This document shows positions 18,216-33,752 of a DNA stretch of 64,000 nucleotides, in pieces. A model generated the notes under the pieces. The model made no database searches. It saw only the letters and a list, made by a program, of their open reading frames with translations, and had not been told where the DNA came from. How positions within the stretch are numbered: the first letter of the stretch is position 1; every line of letters starts with the position of its first letter. Origin of the DNA: Trichoplax sp. H2 (Eukaryota). The DNA is taken from positions 310,001-374,000 of the forward strand of contig NOWV01000003.1 of NCBI GenBank assembly GCA_003344405.1. Direction: 5' to 3'. A program made the translations under genes and the position numbers.

Positions 18216-20893
18216 ATTTCGTAAATTGCCGGTTTTATTTTAGGAGCATTAGGTTAGATAGCGTGACATTTACTGTTTAGATATGGTGATACGTATACGA
18301 ACATTTACCGATCGTAAAAGTCTGCTTTAAACGCGACACGGTAGTTTCTTTAATACCGATACAAACTGATCATTAGCTAATTGTAAACGTCTATAATATG
18401 ACTCGACGTCGCTAATTCGTTCCCAATAAATGTAGAAGCTGGCATTCTGCTGATACATGTTCAGTCCTGCATTAACAGGCGAATGTATAGCATGTTCTTA
18501 CAATGAATAACTAACGCAAGCAAGTTGACGCCTAATTAGCTATTGTATTGCTTTTATTATAGATCTGATACGTATTTTTCTGTAACCATTACCTTCGAGA
18601 CCGGAAGTATATTTCGAATACGATTTATGATTACACTACTTAAACAATAGCATACCAGGAAACTATCTTAATGGTCGCGATAACCCTAAGCATTGACGAA
18701 TACATTCATTTACATGATCTTAACAATTGAATTAGAAAAAGATTTGGTTTTACTACTTTTATAGACCCAGTATGGATGTAACATAGTCTCCCAGTTTCAA
18801 AGAGTGAGCAGGTATTGCTATGAGTGAATAGTTATGTTACAGCGGAGACTGTCAGATACATACATACATAAATAAAGAGATAACGTAAAAACATTGGAGA
18901 TTTTGGATTCAGTGCAGGGTTGTAATATCGTAGAAGCTCGCTTGGAAGTGAACGGGTTCAACTAGCTATAGACATAAGAATTTTAAATATTTTAGTTTTG
19001 CTTCCTAGTGATACATTTTACATAAGGTAATCATCGTATTTTTTAACATAGACAGAGTGTAGTACAAATATCACTGCACTACTTGTTCATTACTTAGTAT
19101 AATAATATAACATATAATATCTATTATAATTCCTCACTTTCATAAGCTTGGACAAAAAATTAACTAAATATAATGGAATTTCTATCCTTTTCTGAGTCTC
19201 TGAAGCTTATCTTCAACATTTCTAAATCAAGCGAAAATTTTAGGCCACTGAATTTTATGCATGAAATTTTTCGAAATTGTCTCTGCGATTTGATGACATT
19301 TTTAATCAATCCCTATTACTGATTCCTAGTCCATAGAAGTTCTATAGTGAGAAGGTAAATAAGAGTTTGCTCATAATTCAAGATTCAAATCCAATTTCAA
19401 TAAAATCAATTGTTTGTAACCCATTGCGTTGCTGACGGACTATCACTCATAACGTTATTTGTATTACAATCTCACAAGTACAGTTAGTGAGAGTTTTATA
19501 ATTGTTGGTACCAAACAATTATCCATTGCATCCTGACATATCATAACCCACAGATAATTACATTACTTGCATGAACTTTCGAATATCCTTTAGCTATTTC
19601 CATCATAACCATGATACTTTACTCTATTTACTCATGCCATCCCTGTATGTTTTTGCAGGGGCTTTTATAATACGAATATAGTACAGTATAGTAAGTATAC
19701 TATGGTGTAAATTTCTAATAGCTTACATACGATCGCTTCAATCAGATTTGATTACGGTGCTATTAATAACGGAAAAAATTGTTACAGCAATCAAAATCGC
19801 CGTGAATTTAACTCTAAGAAAGTAATAAAAATGTTTTAATAGCATATTGCCTACTGTAGTTATCACTTATCAGTATATTACAGCAGTCTCTCGTCATGTG
19901 ACGCTGTTGCTATGTTAGGGTTAGGGTCGTTGTTATGGAAGCTCCTCGATTTACTCTTGTTATATTATACATCTACTGTATCTATATATGTATGTATCAT
20001 AACATATCTGATATATTCGTATGCATATGTATGCACTATATTGATTATAGTGTATTTTTGAGTAGTACGTAGAAGCTTATTTTCATTCGATAATATCATC
20101 ATAGTTCATGAACAGCAGTATTATGATCGCTTTAAGCATAGCATAGGCTTCATCTAGCTCTTTCCACTATTAGCTCAGATCTTAATGATACTGCAAGTTA
20201 GTATATACTTGTATTTATTGTAAATTACAAAAGAACGAATCAAAATATTATTCTGCAGCAGCTTATAAGGTAAATATTAAAGTGTAGCCATGTCCGTTAA
20301 CTTAAAGATAAATATATACAACACGAAGGTAATATTGTTAGACTTGTTTAAACCATGCAGTTAAAGTCGTTTAAAAATAACTAAAAAAGTACAGTACTTA
20401 ACCTGAATCTAAACAATCTAGAATAGTACCAATACTGCATTCGATCGGTTTGAAATATCGATAAGTAATTCAATATCTAACGCTAAAAATAAAAGTTTGA
20501 GCGGAATGAATAGGTATAGGTCAATTTTCCTATCAAAATTGATATATGATAACTTTTTAAATGCCTCCTTAGATACAATAGATGATAACTCTAGTGAGAT
20601 AGTAACTACCTTAGTGGAATTCTTTCAATGATCGCAAATACAATATCACGGCATTGCACCACTCTTAATAATTAAGTATATTAATTAAAAATTACGCGTA
20701 TATCTCAGTGGGCCGCTAGAGTGCTGTAATTTATGATATCTATAGATAGATTAAGTAACATAGATTTATATAATATAATGTGTAAAAAATTGCAACTGTA
20801 TAATCCACAAGAAGTTCAATTACTGACTGAATATTTGTGAACCAGATTAATGTCGAATTTCCTGTTAATAATAAGCCTGTTTCGAGGAGAATT

Positions 20894-23800
20894 ATGTCTA
20901 CCATACGAGACACAAGTAAAGATTTTAATCACACGGAATTCAATAGCGCTCATAAACCTGAGCATGTAGTAAGAGTAGATTCAATCACTGATAAAAGTAG
21001 ATCTTCCTCAAATTCAATAGTACTAAATCATGGTCAAGCTAACGGAAAATGGTAAGTAAAAATGCTTTGGCCTATTATGCATCGAACTTACACCATTATA
21101 ATTGCTCTTATTTCAATCAGTTTTACTCTACGAATTAGCACAATTACAAATATTATTTCAAAATAGGAATGAAGATGCAAACGATGACGTTGAAGGGAAT
21201 GCAAGTCATATTGAAGTCGTGGTTCGGTTAGCATCGTTCGTTAATGTTCTGTACTTAAATTTTGCTATGAACATTAAATCAGACAGTACAACGCATATGT
21301 TTAGTTGGTTCTAAATATAATTTATAGATTCATAATTTAGCAACTAGGCTCTATCTCCTTTCTACTTTGCAAACTTTAACTTATACTCTAGTTAGCTATA
21401 TAGCTAGTTATGCAGAGATAATACACATATATATATTTAGCTGATTACTATATGTCAGATACTTAATTCTTGATTCATGTAGAACAGATAGATGTTTTTA
21501 TATATCGTTAATGGCAGCATACAACATACGAGGATATATTTATTTCCATGCAATCATGCACGCATAACAATACACAGATACTCTTACTTCATGATACAAA
21601 ATATAATTCGAGCTACAATTTTATCTAAATATAATAAGCTAATATATGCGTATTTACTTCTATTTCATTATAAGATGACATACTCCCTTTTTATAATATA
21701 AGTACGACTCCTATTGCAATTTCATTCAGATAGAGGACCTGAAGTGTTCGCTATGAAATATAAATACGAAAATTTTTCTATAAATTTTAATAGTAAGCTT
21801 TACATTACTGCACTATCAAAAAATGTCTATCTAAGGTACTGGACTACCAGTATCATATTGGAAACACTGATACAGTAAGTTTTTGTTTACCTCTATTACA
21901 TAGTTCACTTAATATTTGCCCGCTTAATGGCCTAATTATGCACGCATTTAGTATTTTTAGTGTAACGAGTCTTTACCTAGTAGTCCCATAAATTAAATCA
22001 TATCACAACAATTAAATTTGACTGTACGCACTATGAATAATAATGATACGATTTTTCAGATTCCTCATAATTCACATACAAAGCCAAAAGACCCGATCAG
22101 AAAGATGATAATAAATAGCAAACTTGTCATACAATTCTTCATTATTTCGGATTTTAGGGTCCGCCCTATGATGAAAAGCGAAATTGAAAACGGAGCCAAA
22201 GAAGTTACTCAAGCAACAAATGATACTATAGTTGTGCGTTATCAAGGACAATCTGTTACCAAATCCATAATAGAGTTGCATTAAATAACTACAGATCTAT
22301 CTGACCGCTTCTTACTGTCGATATTATATCTTTAAAGTTGAACATGCATTCTACTAGCTAATATTATAAAGTTAATCTAGAATAATTCTGTTTTAGCTTG
22401 AAACGAACAAAGATAATAAACAATTTAGGTTCAGTAAAGTCTTTCGTGCAGATGTTTTACAAGAAGAAGTATGAACCAAATAGCTGATTTATAGTGCACT
22501 GATGAATAACTTTTTAACCGCTGTAATAAATTTATTAACTTTATATAGTTCTTCCAGCAATGTGGAATTTGCCAGCTACTTAATAAAGCTTTAGACGGGT
22601 TGGTAATACTCATTATCTGATATCTTCACGTTTTAATACAATTTTAATGTTCGAAATATGAATTGTTAGCATTTTGTTAATGAGCGTATTGAATTTACAA
22701 GCTCCTTAATTCTTAACTGGATTACGTGTGCATAGATATTCATGTACCGCCTTCGCATTTGGTCAGACGGGCTCTGGTAAAACTTTTACCATGACTGGAC
22801 CAGTTACCGGGGTATAGATGATAGTTACAAACATTAATGCAGTTACTATTTACTGTGATTCTGTAATCATATTATTTTTACAAGTATATATGTACTTTGA
22901 TATACAGTATTATAGTTAGCAAAAGCTTACTCAAACATCTTACGTAGAATGATATTGCGATAGTGTTGGGCTATTTCATTTCTTTATTAATAACGGTGCT
23001 ATTACTATCACAGTGAAATTTATTTTCTATTTTGTGACAATATCCTCATAAAATTCTTAACCTAAAATTTTATCTTTACTTATAATAGAATGACTTATTA
23101 TTAGAAGTTGAATCACAAGGATTAATACAGCGGTGAGCGGATAATATGATATTGTATGATATCCGATGTTAACCTGATTAAATGTTACAGCACCCAACGA
23201 GTTGACATAAAGGCAATATATCCAACCCTATTTATCCTTCAGAGCATTTCAGTATATTTACGGGAAAATAGATAAGAACCCATCAATTCAGTATCAAGTC
23301 CGAGCATCATATGTAGAAATTTATAATGAGCAAGTTAGTTTCAATCAGGATTGATTTAAAGTTGACTATTTGTCACTATAATTTTAAAATTCGTATTTAA
23401 TTTACTCATAACGATAATTCTCATCTAAATTTTTGTATCTATATTTATTTGGCAGGTGCAAGACTTACTTAATCCTTCGACAACTGTTGAATCCCTTCAA
23501 GTTCGTTGGTCTGCTGATAGTGGGTTTTACATAGAAAATGCGTTTGTTTTAGAATGTGAATCAGTTGATGATTTAATAGCAGTCCTTGAGGAAGGTAAAG
23601 TTTTCATTATCTAAGGTGTAATCTGTAGGGAGAATGTTTAGGAGACTCGTGTAATGATGCAGACACAAAATTTATAGTTAATACTAAATCTTCACTCGAA
23701 TTTTTATTTATTTTATTTTATTTTATTTGTGACCTTGTAAACAGGTATAAGACATCGTCAAATCGGATCCAATGCAATTAATGATCGATCAAGTCGCAGT

Positions 23801-26800
23801 CATGCAATTCTAACAATTTATATTGATAGCGAAGTCGTAAGTGATCAGCAATATGATCGAATTAGTTTGAGATTTCTGGAACGATTAAATTCAGAAGAAT
23901 AAAAGATGATTTTGTAATTAATTTCGACTTTTTTCATTAATGTCATTATTACCCAAGGTCAGTTCTGAAGATCTTGATGAGCCATGTTTAACGAAGCATG
24001 GAAAATTGTTTTTTGTAGACTTGGCAGGTAATTTGGCATTGTTAATAACGTATGCGAATACATATTTACTGAACATTTTCTAATCTTAGCTAATTTATTA
24101 GAATATTATATCTAGACATTTATTTTTTTTTTAGTTGTAATATGAGTGAACAGTATATTCGTGAAATAAAGCTGTAAATTGAAATATGAAGCTATCTTTA
24201 AAAGATAAATTTCTCAATTTGTAACGCAATCGTTTTAGAAATTACTCTTTATTGTATACAGGTAGTGAAAAGGTAGCAGAAAATCATAAAGGAGAAAATT
24301 TAGCAGAAGCGGGAAATATTAATAAAAGCCTATTAACTCTAGGTTATTACAGTATAATGTTTCAAATTTCTCATCTATACCGTTTGAAATATGAAATGAT
24401 CTGCTATACATTGCTATAATGAAATTATCTGCTTAGGTAATTGTATATCGGCATTGAGTGACGTTAACAAGCGGCATGGTCATATTCCATATAGAGAAAG
24501 TAAATTAACCAAACTGTTATCGGACAGTCTTGGTGGCAATGGGATAACGCTAATGGTAAGGGTTATCATAAATCTTAGTATGCGAATATAATTTCACAGA
24601 CTATATTCTACCAATTAAAAACTTTTTTGATATGGTTATGTTTCGGAATGATATACTGTACATCTACACACTGGGTATCTTGATTTACCTTTAATTGACA
24701 TGCAATACTATTTACGTTTATTCCAGCTCTTAAATTGTTACATCATTTATTAGTATATGAACTTTTGATGGATCGGTATATTAAATAATATTATTGATCT
24801 TATAGTTAACGAATTTGATACATTAACAGAATTGATTACACCTATAATGAGTTCAATTGTTTCATTATGATTCTATCCTATGTTTCAAATAGATTGCGTG
24901 TATAGCACCTTCTTCACAATACGTTAGCGAAACTTTAAATTCTTTACGATATGCCAACCGAACAAAGAAAATTAAAAATTTTCCTAAAGTGCACATGGTA
25001 TGTATAAAATTGCTATTCCTATAAATAGATAGGATTTGTATTAGAGATCTATTTAGCATATGAAGAAGATTATTAACCATTGAATAAGATAAATCATATT
25101 GCAAGCAGTCTAATAGAAGTTTACTACAATAATTTCATGAAATTCTAGAAGTATTGTGAAAATCAATAAAAATTTTCAATCATTCAGAAACACGATAAAT
25201 CATTACCCACAGTTATTATACCTATATTATAAAACTATTAATTTTCGTTCATTCCGTTACGGAATCCATCATAACTATTTATGGTGTTCTTCTAAATAAT
25301 AAGTTAATTTATCTAGCAATTGCTAAGGAAATAAAATTCTTTGTTTTCATAAAATAATTGTGTAAACATTACAGGATCCAAAAGACGAGTATATAGTAGC
25401 GTTAAAGCAGCAATTAAAAAAACTCAGGATAGAAAATGTATCGTTAAGAAGGCAGCAGAGCGATAGTTATCATGACGCAAAGGAGTATCAAGCTATAGGT
25501 ACCATGTCAGAGCAAGGTACTTCAAATCATTACCATTATAAAATACGTAATGATCAAATCAGAGATCAAATTAATAGCAAAATCGTATCCGCAAAAGCGA
25601 CAAGTCCAATACTTGAATCTTTCCATGACTATCAACCTCCAAGAAATACTCATATATCGCCTGCATCTGATGATGACGTGCAAGCATGTCGTGATATTTT
25701 AGAAGCAGAAAACAGTGCTCACCCAAGACCGCACCATCAAATTTTACAAAATTCGCACGTAGAAAATATAACAAAATCCAAGACAATATCGGAATCTCAG
25801 GATAACCACGCTATCAATGCACAGGAAGGGAATAAGGTTATTAAAAGAAAAAAGGTTAAAAGGAAAGCCAAAAAAAATGATCGTCCAAGTAATTTGCAGT
25901 CACGTCCATTCATCCATGAATCAAATCAAGGAATGAAAGCACAAAATGATATTCGACAAAATGATAGCTTTAATTTAGATAAGAAACTTGAAAGCATACA
26001 TAAAGTGACTTCCTTATCTGAAGAGGCTGAAATCCAATTAAAGTCTCAAAATCCTTCTACATACGAAAGGAATAACCTTAAACGTAAACTTAGCAAGATA
26101 AACATTTTTTTGTATAATTTTAAGGATGAAGATACTCAATTGTACCTTTTTTTTTTATTATTCTGGTTGGCATAGAACATGATAAAGAGAAGACTAAACA
26201 ATTTACTTCTCAAGACAAATTTCACCGACAAGATCCTTTAGAAAATTCCGGTGAGAACATACGAACTTCCTAGTGATTATAATTATATAATTATAATTAT
26301 CGTTATGTTCTCTACTTAGTCATTAACGAAGGGACAATAGATACAGATATACTCCGCCTAGTAAGCTTACTAATTCTGCCTTTATTTAAGACTATTGCCA
26401 TTAAACACTATCTAAGGAGGCTGTTATATGATCTAACTAGTTACCTATTGTACATTGATTCGTTGAGTAGCATTGCAATAGCTATAATACTTATTGTACA
26501 AGACACATTCTTAAGATTAGACTGCGGCTGAATAAGGTATAAATACACATAGACATGGACTTCTAGATCTCCTGGATGAGACACGAGTTGCCGAGAATTA
26601 CTTAAATGGGAGATACCTATAATGTTTAAAAAATGTTTTAAATGCGATAGTAATTCGATAGTATAAAATTTTAGAGATATCAACTAATTGATGCTGACAG
26701 ACGTAAATTACTGCACATCGTCAAATTTCATACAAACGATTTAGAAGTCCTTTTAAGGGTCCATGGTATATCTAGCACTTTATACCCGTAAACATCTCCC

Positions 26801-29800
26801 TTGTTTTACTACGAATCGTTATTGTGTCGTTTTAGCACCCTAAAAAAAAAATAGGAACAATTACAAGAATTTATATCATGTGCTGCTATCTAAATCATAC
26901 TAGCTTTCCAGTTTAGAATTTCACCCAGTTCCTCCGACGCAGTTCTGACCACATAACTTCCATTTCCTATCCATGACAGTCTGACACAGACAGTCAAAGT
27001 CTATCACGTAGATTGCATTGCTATTGCTTATTATCCTTTGTTGGGATGTAGCAATTAATACTAAAACAGATTTTAGATCTGGCTATACGTTTAATTTATT
27101 AGTTATAAAACTGAAATTATCAACGAGTAACAAAATCAGATCTAAACAATATCTCTTCGCTTACTCTCCTCCTTCGTACATAGCTTTCACAGTCTTAAAT
27201 ATTGCCTCTTTTATGTACTCATATTTAGTAAAAATTACAAAATTTAGATAATTACACTAAATAAGGAGTCATATCTCTAGCTGTAAATAAACGCTATCTA
27301 CTCCTAAGCATCATGTCTTCGCCTTCATCAAGAATAGTTAACACTACATAAGCCACACATCATGCTAAGCTACAGCGTGATGCTGCATCACATTGTACTC
27401 TTGTCTTAGTAATTCACTACATAATCTCATTTTAACACATTGGATGTGGTACGAATAGCTACTGCTTATCGTTAAGACTTTCTTATATACATAATAATTA
27501 TCATTGATGTACATGAATCACTATAGACTAATTTATAACAGACCGTGAACGATTAACATCACCTTTGTAAGATCAAGTTGTGACGTTAACGCAATGTAAT
27601 GATACCCATATTGCTGGTATGTTTTAGATGTAAATTCGAATTAGTAATAACTTTTCACTAATGCAAATCAAATCAAAATTTAATATTATTAATAGAAAAT
27701 AAGCAACGTAAAACCCATCAGCTTTCAGATAAACGTAATGAATTCAATGAGCAGGATGATAAAAGTAAGTTATATTTCAATAGTAAGTAAGGTTCATCAG
27801 TAATCTAAAAATGTCTTACGTCATGGCATGATGTAATGGTTATACCGATGTAATTACCTCAAATATTACCCAAAAATTAATTAATCATCACGCCATGTAT
27901 CTCGTAATGCACGATATCTAGTTTCTTAACAGCAACAAAAATACCGTATATAATCTAACCAAGAACGAGTCAAATATAAAGCTTACGTTAGTTTTTGATG
28001 ATTTTAAAACACTTCTTACTAAGTAAGTATAATGTTACAGATATTCGAGAAGAAACCCGACAAGTATTGGATCATTTATCTCATAAAGAACCTCAATATG
28101 ACCAAAGCAAAAATCAGAACAATAAAAGTAAATCCTGCTAGCAATTGCTAAATAGTAGAATTTGATCATAAATCTTCTGTTTAAAGTTTTTTATCATAAA
28201 ATTGATGTAGATATTAATTCAGAAGCTCAACAATCGGCACATCAAAAAATAGTACTTGGTGAAGCTCAGCTTGAAGAAAATACCCACACATATAATAAAA
28301 GTATGTAAAATCTATCTTACTATTTTTTAATGATATGTTAGACAACATTAGCTGTACGTAAGAGCCATAGTATCACTAATAAATAATAGCCAGCAAAGTA
28401 TAAAACTGCAGCATTCAAAAATATGTAGAGATCAACAGAATTAATAGAGCTATTAAAGTACATACCATATTAATATAAGTTGCAGTCTTCCGATACATGA
28501 TACGTAATCCTGTAAATGTCGAAGACTTGTAATAAAAAGGTGATTGTAAACTGAGTTATTTCCCTCACACTGAGTCATTTCATTTAAAGCTTAGTTCGAA
28601 CTCTTTATTTGTTAGTGTACTATTAGCAGATGTATAGGGACCCAGAATGTTCTGTACACTAAAAGATTTAAATATCACATTCGCAGATATTATGCCGGAA
28701 AAGGAATATTCGGATTATGACAAATCACACACAGAACGCCAATCCGATCAACAAAATTACCGTAACGGCAATGGTTGGTATACTCGTATGAATGTCTAGC
28801 TGGAGCGATAGTTTCTAACTCTTATAAATCTTTAGGAAATATTTAAAAAACAATTATAATTAATAACTATTTCTCAGAGTACAGACAAGAAAATATTCTA
28901 AATAAACAAACCAAATTACGAAGCGAAACTTCGTTAAGGCAGCCGATGCTCTCCAGCGACTATAGTGAGTAATAGATACTGTAAAGATGGTTTGTAAATA
29001 AAATTAAAGTTTCTATATTATTAAGTCGTTACTATTACTATATTATGCAATAAATTAATAAAAATATAACAGTAAATCAAACAGCACCGTCCCATGAAAC
29101 TGTATCACAGCTGAGACAGAATATTACGAATAAATATGGTAAGTAAACATAAAAATTTTAAGACATGCTTTATTGAATTACAATCTTTGAAATTATGATG
29201 AAATATTGACGTCAGTTAGTTATCATAATAATACAGGTAGCGATACTGAAAGCAAACAACAAAATCTTCTAGTCACGGAAGGCAGAAAGATATATCATCA
29301 AAGTGCTTCTAACGGTAAGTAGAGGTATTTCTAAGGTGTCGACTAAAACATTGTAACATTTATTTGTGAAACTACAATAAATTTACTCATTAAGACTAAC
29401 TCAAGTCTTTTTAAAGTGGAAGAACTTGATTCCGAAAATGTTACAGTTCAAGCGATCAAAAGTCAGTTATTATCTTCCAATAAAAATAATTGGCATGGGT
29501 CCAGGAATAGCAGTGAGCTCAGTTTTAGGATTAATACTTAAAATGTTTAGCATTATCTAAGTGCATTATTCTCGCTAAGATTTTAATAATATCTATCATA
29601 ATCATAATTACCGTAGTAGCTGCTGGGAAAGAAACCATGGAGACTCCAAGACGTGCGGCACACTTGGATATATCGCCGGAATCTCAAGGTCACTCAAATA
29701 ATCTACTTCGTTAGCGAATTAAAAGTTTTATCACATAAAGTAGTAAAAAATTTAGTATTCCAGCATATTCTAAGACTTCCAATTCGTAATTATATAATTT

Positions 29801-32800
29801 AGAAGAATCATACGAAAATATACCATTGAATAAAACATCATTGCAAGCAAAAGCTCAACTGCTTATTCAGGACTGTTCTAATATTAATGGTGCGTATCAA
29901 AATCGGAGTTAATTTTAATATTTATAACCCATTACATAGCGTCATCTGGTAACACATCGCCGTACGATTTTTACGGTTTTACCTTAAACTAAATAGATTA
30001 TCTAAATTGAAGCAGATTCCTAGATATATATTTAAGTATAGAAGGTATTTTGTTCTTTTTAGTATATTCTAGTATCAATAATTAAAGCAAAATGTTTGCA
30101 AATTACCATTTTACGATAGATTTTTCATAATAAGATTTTTTACATGTAGTTTACGAATAAGAATGAATATTATTAAAATAGTGTATTGAAGCTTTCTCTA
30201 AAAGAGAAAAGTGGAACTACTAAGGACGTAATCATTTACTAGCCGTAGAATTGTTTCGCTAAGCGATTTGAATAGACGGTAGGTTTAGCAGAATTGGCAG
30301 TATGTAATGTTCTCATTGTTTCGGAGTGCGCAGCATTAAATATTACATGTATCTAATATTTAATTCAGTCATGGATTAATTATTAATTATCCTATACTGA
30401 TACCATAGTTAAAAAATATGAGATCCACTTAGAGCTTACCTTTACTCGTTCATAAAATATATCATTTGTTTTAATGAATAAATCAATTAACAAAATCGAG
30501 TTTTGAAAATAGCACCAGATGTTGAAAAATACCACAAACTTGAGCAAGGGAGACAATCTTACAACCGGTAGGATTGATGGCATACTTGTTTGAATGTTAT
30601 AGATGGATAGTTTCTTAACGTCAGATAGAGAGTTTGTTATTGATATTAATTTAAGCTAAGAATGAAATCTTATAGATTTGAATGAGGATTACTATTTCAT
30701 TTGCATTGGCTATTTCAGAAATTTTATAGCGCTTGCTATGTTTAATTTAGGGATCGGAAGATGACTCATATTCTACAAGAACTCTTGGCTGAAAACCAGA
30801 AGTTGAGGTGAATATTATACTTGTAGCCCGTAAAAGTATTGTAAGGAAATTGTTTGAATATTTAACATTCGGTAGTGGTTATTATGTATGAGCTCAACTT
30901 TATTGAAATAGGTTAAGTACCAAAGTACTATCCAGCTCATTGCTGTATGAAGAATACATATCTGATATATACTATCTCTAAAAATATTAATCTGCATAAT
31001 GCCATGTTAGGGTACAGTACGGTATCACTACATATTAATTTTATATATGTATACGCGTATATATGGATATATGCCCAATTACAGTAGTTATATCATGTCT
31101 ATGCGACTACGCATTAATTACATACACAAATTTATAGACTTTGATAGCGTTATTCAATACATTAGTAGAAGTAACTAATATGCTGTTGAAATTCAACGGA
31201 TAGAGAAGACATTTTGGATTTAAGGGAGGAAAATCGAGTACTGCTGGATGATAAGAAAGCTTTAATAGAAAATGATAGCAAGAATAAAGAACAAATCATG
31301 AAGCTAAGAGAGGAAATTAGAAAAGAACAGAAAGAAAAAAAAAATATTCTGGAAGAAAAGAACTCTATGATAGAGAAATTGAGGATTCTTCAAGGGTATG
31401 AACTTCAAATGATACCATGATAATTAAGTAATAGACTGCACAAGTGATAGGATTAGCAGATAGAATTATTACGATATTGGATATTATCATAAATGCGCGT
31501 ATTACTTCGATGATCCATTTGGAGTTACAATTTAATGATATACCTTATAGGCTAAACATAGTATCATTCGTCAATTTAACTTAAAGTTAATGGTGTGTTT
31601 ATATCCTTGTAAAAAATTTCTACAATAGGATTTTATCAAATACCCCAGATCACTCACCGGATTATAGAGACAAATACGACGGTGATAAGCTAGTTAACGA
31701 ATCTATTGATAAAGGTTCTCCCTTACCTCAAATTACTAATAGAATGTCATCTTTAAACAATGTGGGTGATGATAACGAACACAATAAAAAGTCATACCAC
31801 AGTACCACTCATTTTTCGGATAACCAGCTACATTTAGATCATAAGAAAAAATTAAAGGAATTTCAACATCCAGATTCTAAACTTGAGAATTCTATTGATT
31901 CATCAATGGAAAAATTGGCAATAAGTGACCGTGGACACATTATTGATTCGCGTGTACCTCAATCGATGGAACCTTCTAATTTAATACTGCAAACCGTTGA
32001 AGCATCTGTTACTCAGGATCATAACATTCCACGAGATGGAGCATTTTCACAAACATCCTCTTCTTACGCTGCAACGTTTCCGAGACAGAAGCTTATATCA
32101 AATGATCACCAGTGGAAAAGTGTAGAGGGCAATGATCGGCCCCTTCAGCAAAGGCAACACGATGTTGAAGGAAAAATCATGTCATCTAATCCTGCTCTTG
32201 TTAAGACATTAGTATCGTCATCAGCTAATCAAAATCATGCCATTAATAACGGAAATTCTCCTGAAGCCATGAAGTTATACGATCTCTCTTACATTCGCGA
32301 CATAGTCAATCCTTACAAACATAAAAGTAAATTAATTTTAAGCAAACTTGATCTAGAAAATTATGTAATGAAAGTAATATTTAAATATTTTATGCAGGTT
32401 TTACTTGCCTATAAAGGCTTCTTAACTTAACATATTCACTTTTATATTATAATATACGTATGATCATAGAACCAAAGAAAGCATTCAAGCACGGTTCAGT
32501 TGAGCAATGGGAGATTAAGAAGAGTCAAATACCCAAGAAGCAAGTTCCACAGTCACTGTAGTAAGCAGCACAAGTGTCTTATAATAAAAAATTTTAAATT
32601 TGTTTTATTTCGATACTGGAATCGACACGTTTAATATATAGTACAAAATATATGGAAGAGGGCTTAAAATTTAGCGTATGCTTTATTATTAGTAGTATTA
32701 TTAATACCACAGTGCAACTTTTTACGAATGTAAATGCATACCCCAGATTTTTCCTTTCTACATGTATTACTAAACTATTAATACAATCTGTTATCTAAAA

Positions 32801-33752
32801 CATTTTAGTAAAAGTCAAGATAAACAAGAAGAGGGTTATTATGGGATGTATCGATTTAATCAGATTGCAAAACAACTTCATAGAACAGTTGAAAATCGAT
32901 TTTTTGTTAGACAGCCTGGATTATCAACAACTGTTATACCTACGATGCATCCAGGTGAGCCTACTCAAAGCTTTCGGTATTGATTTAACTATCTGTGAGA
33001 CCAACTATGATGATATGTATTTGATTCAATCACACATGTAGATATCTGCTTCTTGGCGAAGTATATAGTACTGTCGTGGCTTAGCCATTGAGCACTGATC
33101 TTAATTTGTATGTCAGAAAAGCCATACACATTGTAGTACAAACTTTGTCATTAAGTTTCCACGTTTGGTTCACGATTGGATTTGAATCTAGTTCTACTTT
33201 GCCACTTGCATTTTGTATTGAGACTGTACACATATCAACTTTTTATATAGCTAGCACTATACCCGTTCTACAAACGGGGATAAAATATTATACTGTACTG
33301 TCATGGTTATAGTAATTTTACTTTTTGTGATTGTCGGCGCACGTTAGAATGAAAAAGTTACCGTGAGTCCACACAATTAATTTAAAGTATATTGTATACC
33401 AGTGTACTGCATTTATATCGTATCGAGTTTGCTACTCACCGTTATTTTATATCAAATATATGCAATATTATTAGTCTTCTTGGTACTGACTTTCGATATC
33501 GATTTACAGTTCGTTACAATAATTACCGTACGTAGTCAAGCAGTTAATGAAAAGAAAAAATATTCCTTCCTTCTGAAGTATATTTTTTACCATTAAATTA
33601 ATCATGTCTACTAAGTACGTCATTTTCTCGATTATTTTAATATTGCCATTATAGAACAAATGTACCGTTTTAATGAAAAATTAAGTCAAGAATTGAAAGA
33701 ATTAGATGGTCAAATAAGAATGTATCAAGACAAGCCGATTAAACCTGAATAA
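20894..33752 (+). CDS. KIF12: Kinesin-like protein, KIF12-like (kinesin-16 type), multi-exon; the start may extend upstream
   Basis: Motor domain: [32 protein letters not shown] (P-loop), [107 protein letters not shown]. Later [12 protein letters not shown] resembles KIF12 LQEFMLENERL. Ends [23 protein letters not shown]. Confidence 0.85.

Noticed and set aside
18920..18970. GGTTCAA T-loop-like word suggesting a tRNA
   Set aside because: No cloverleaf or acceptor stem could be formed.
19498..19522. Imperfect palindrome ataattgttggtaccaaacaattat
   Set aside because: It is short, AT-rich and isolated, with no supporting context.
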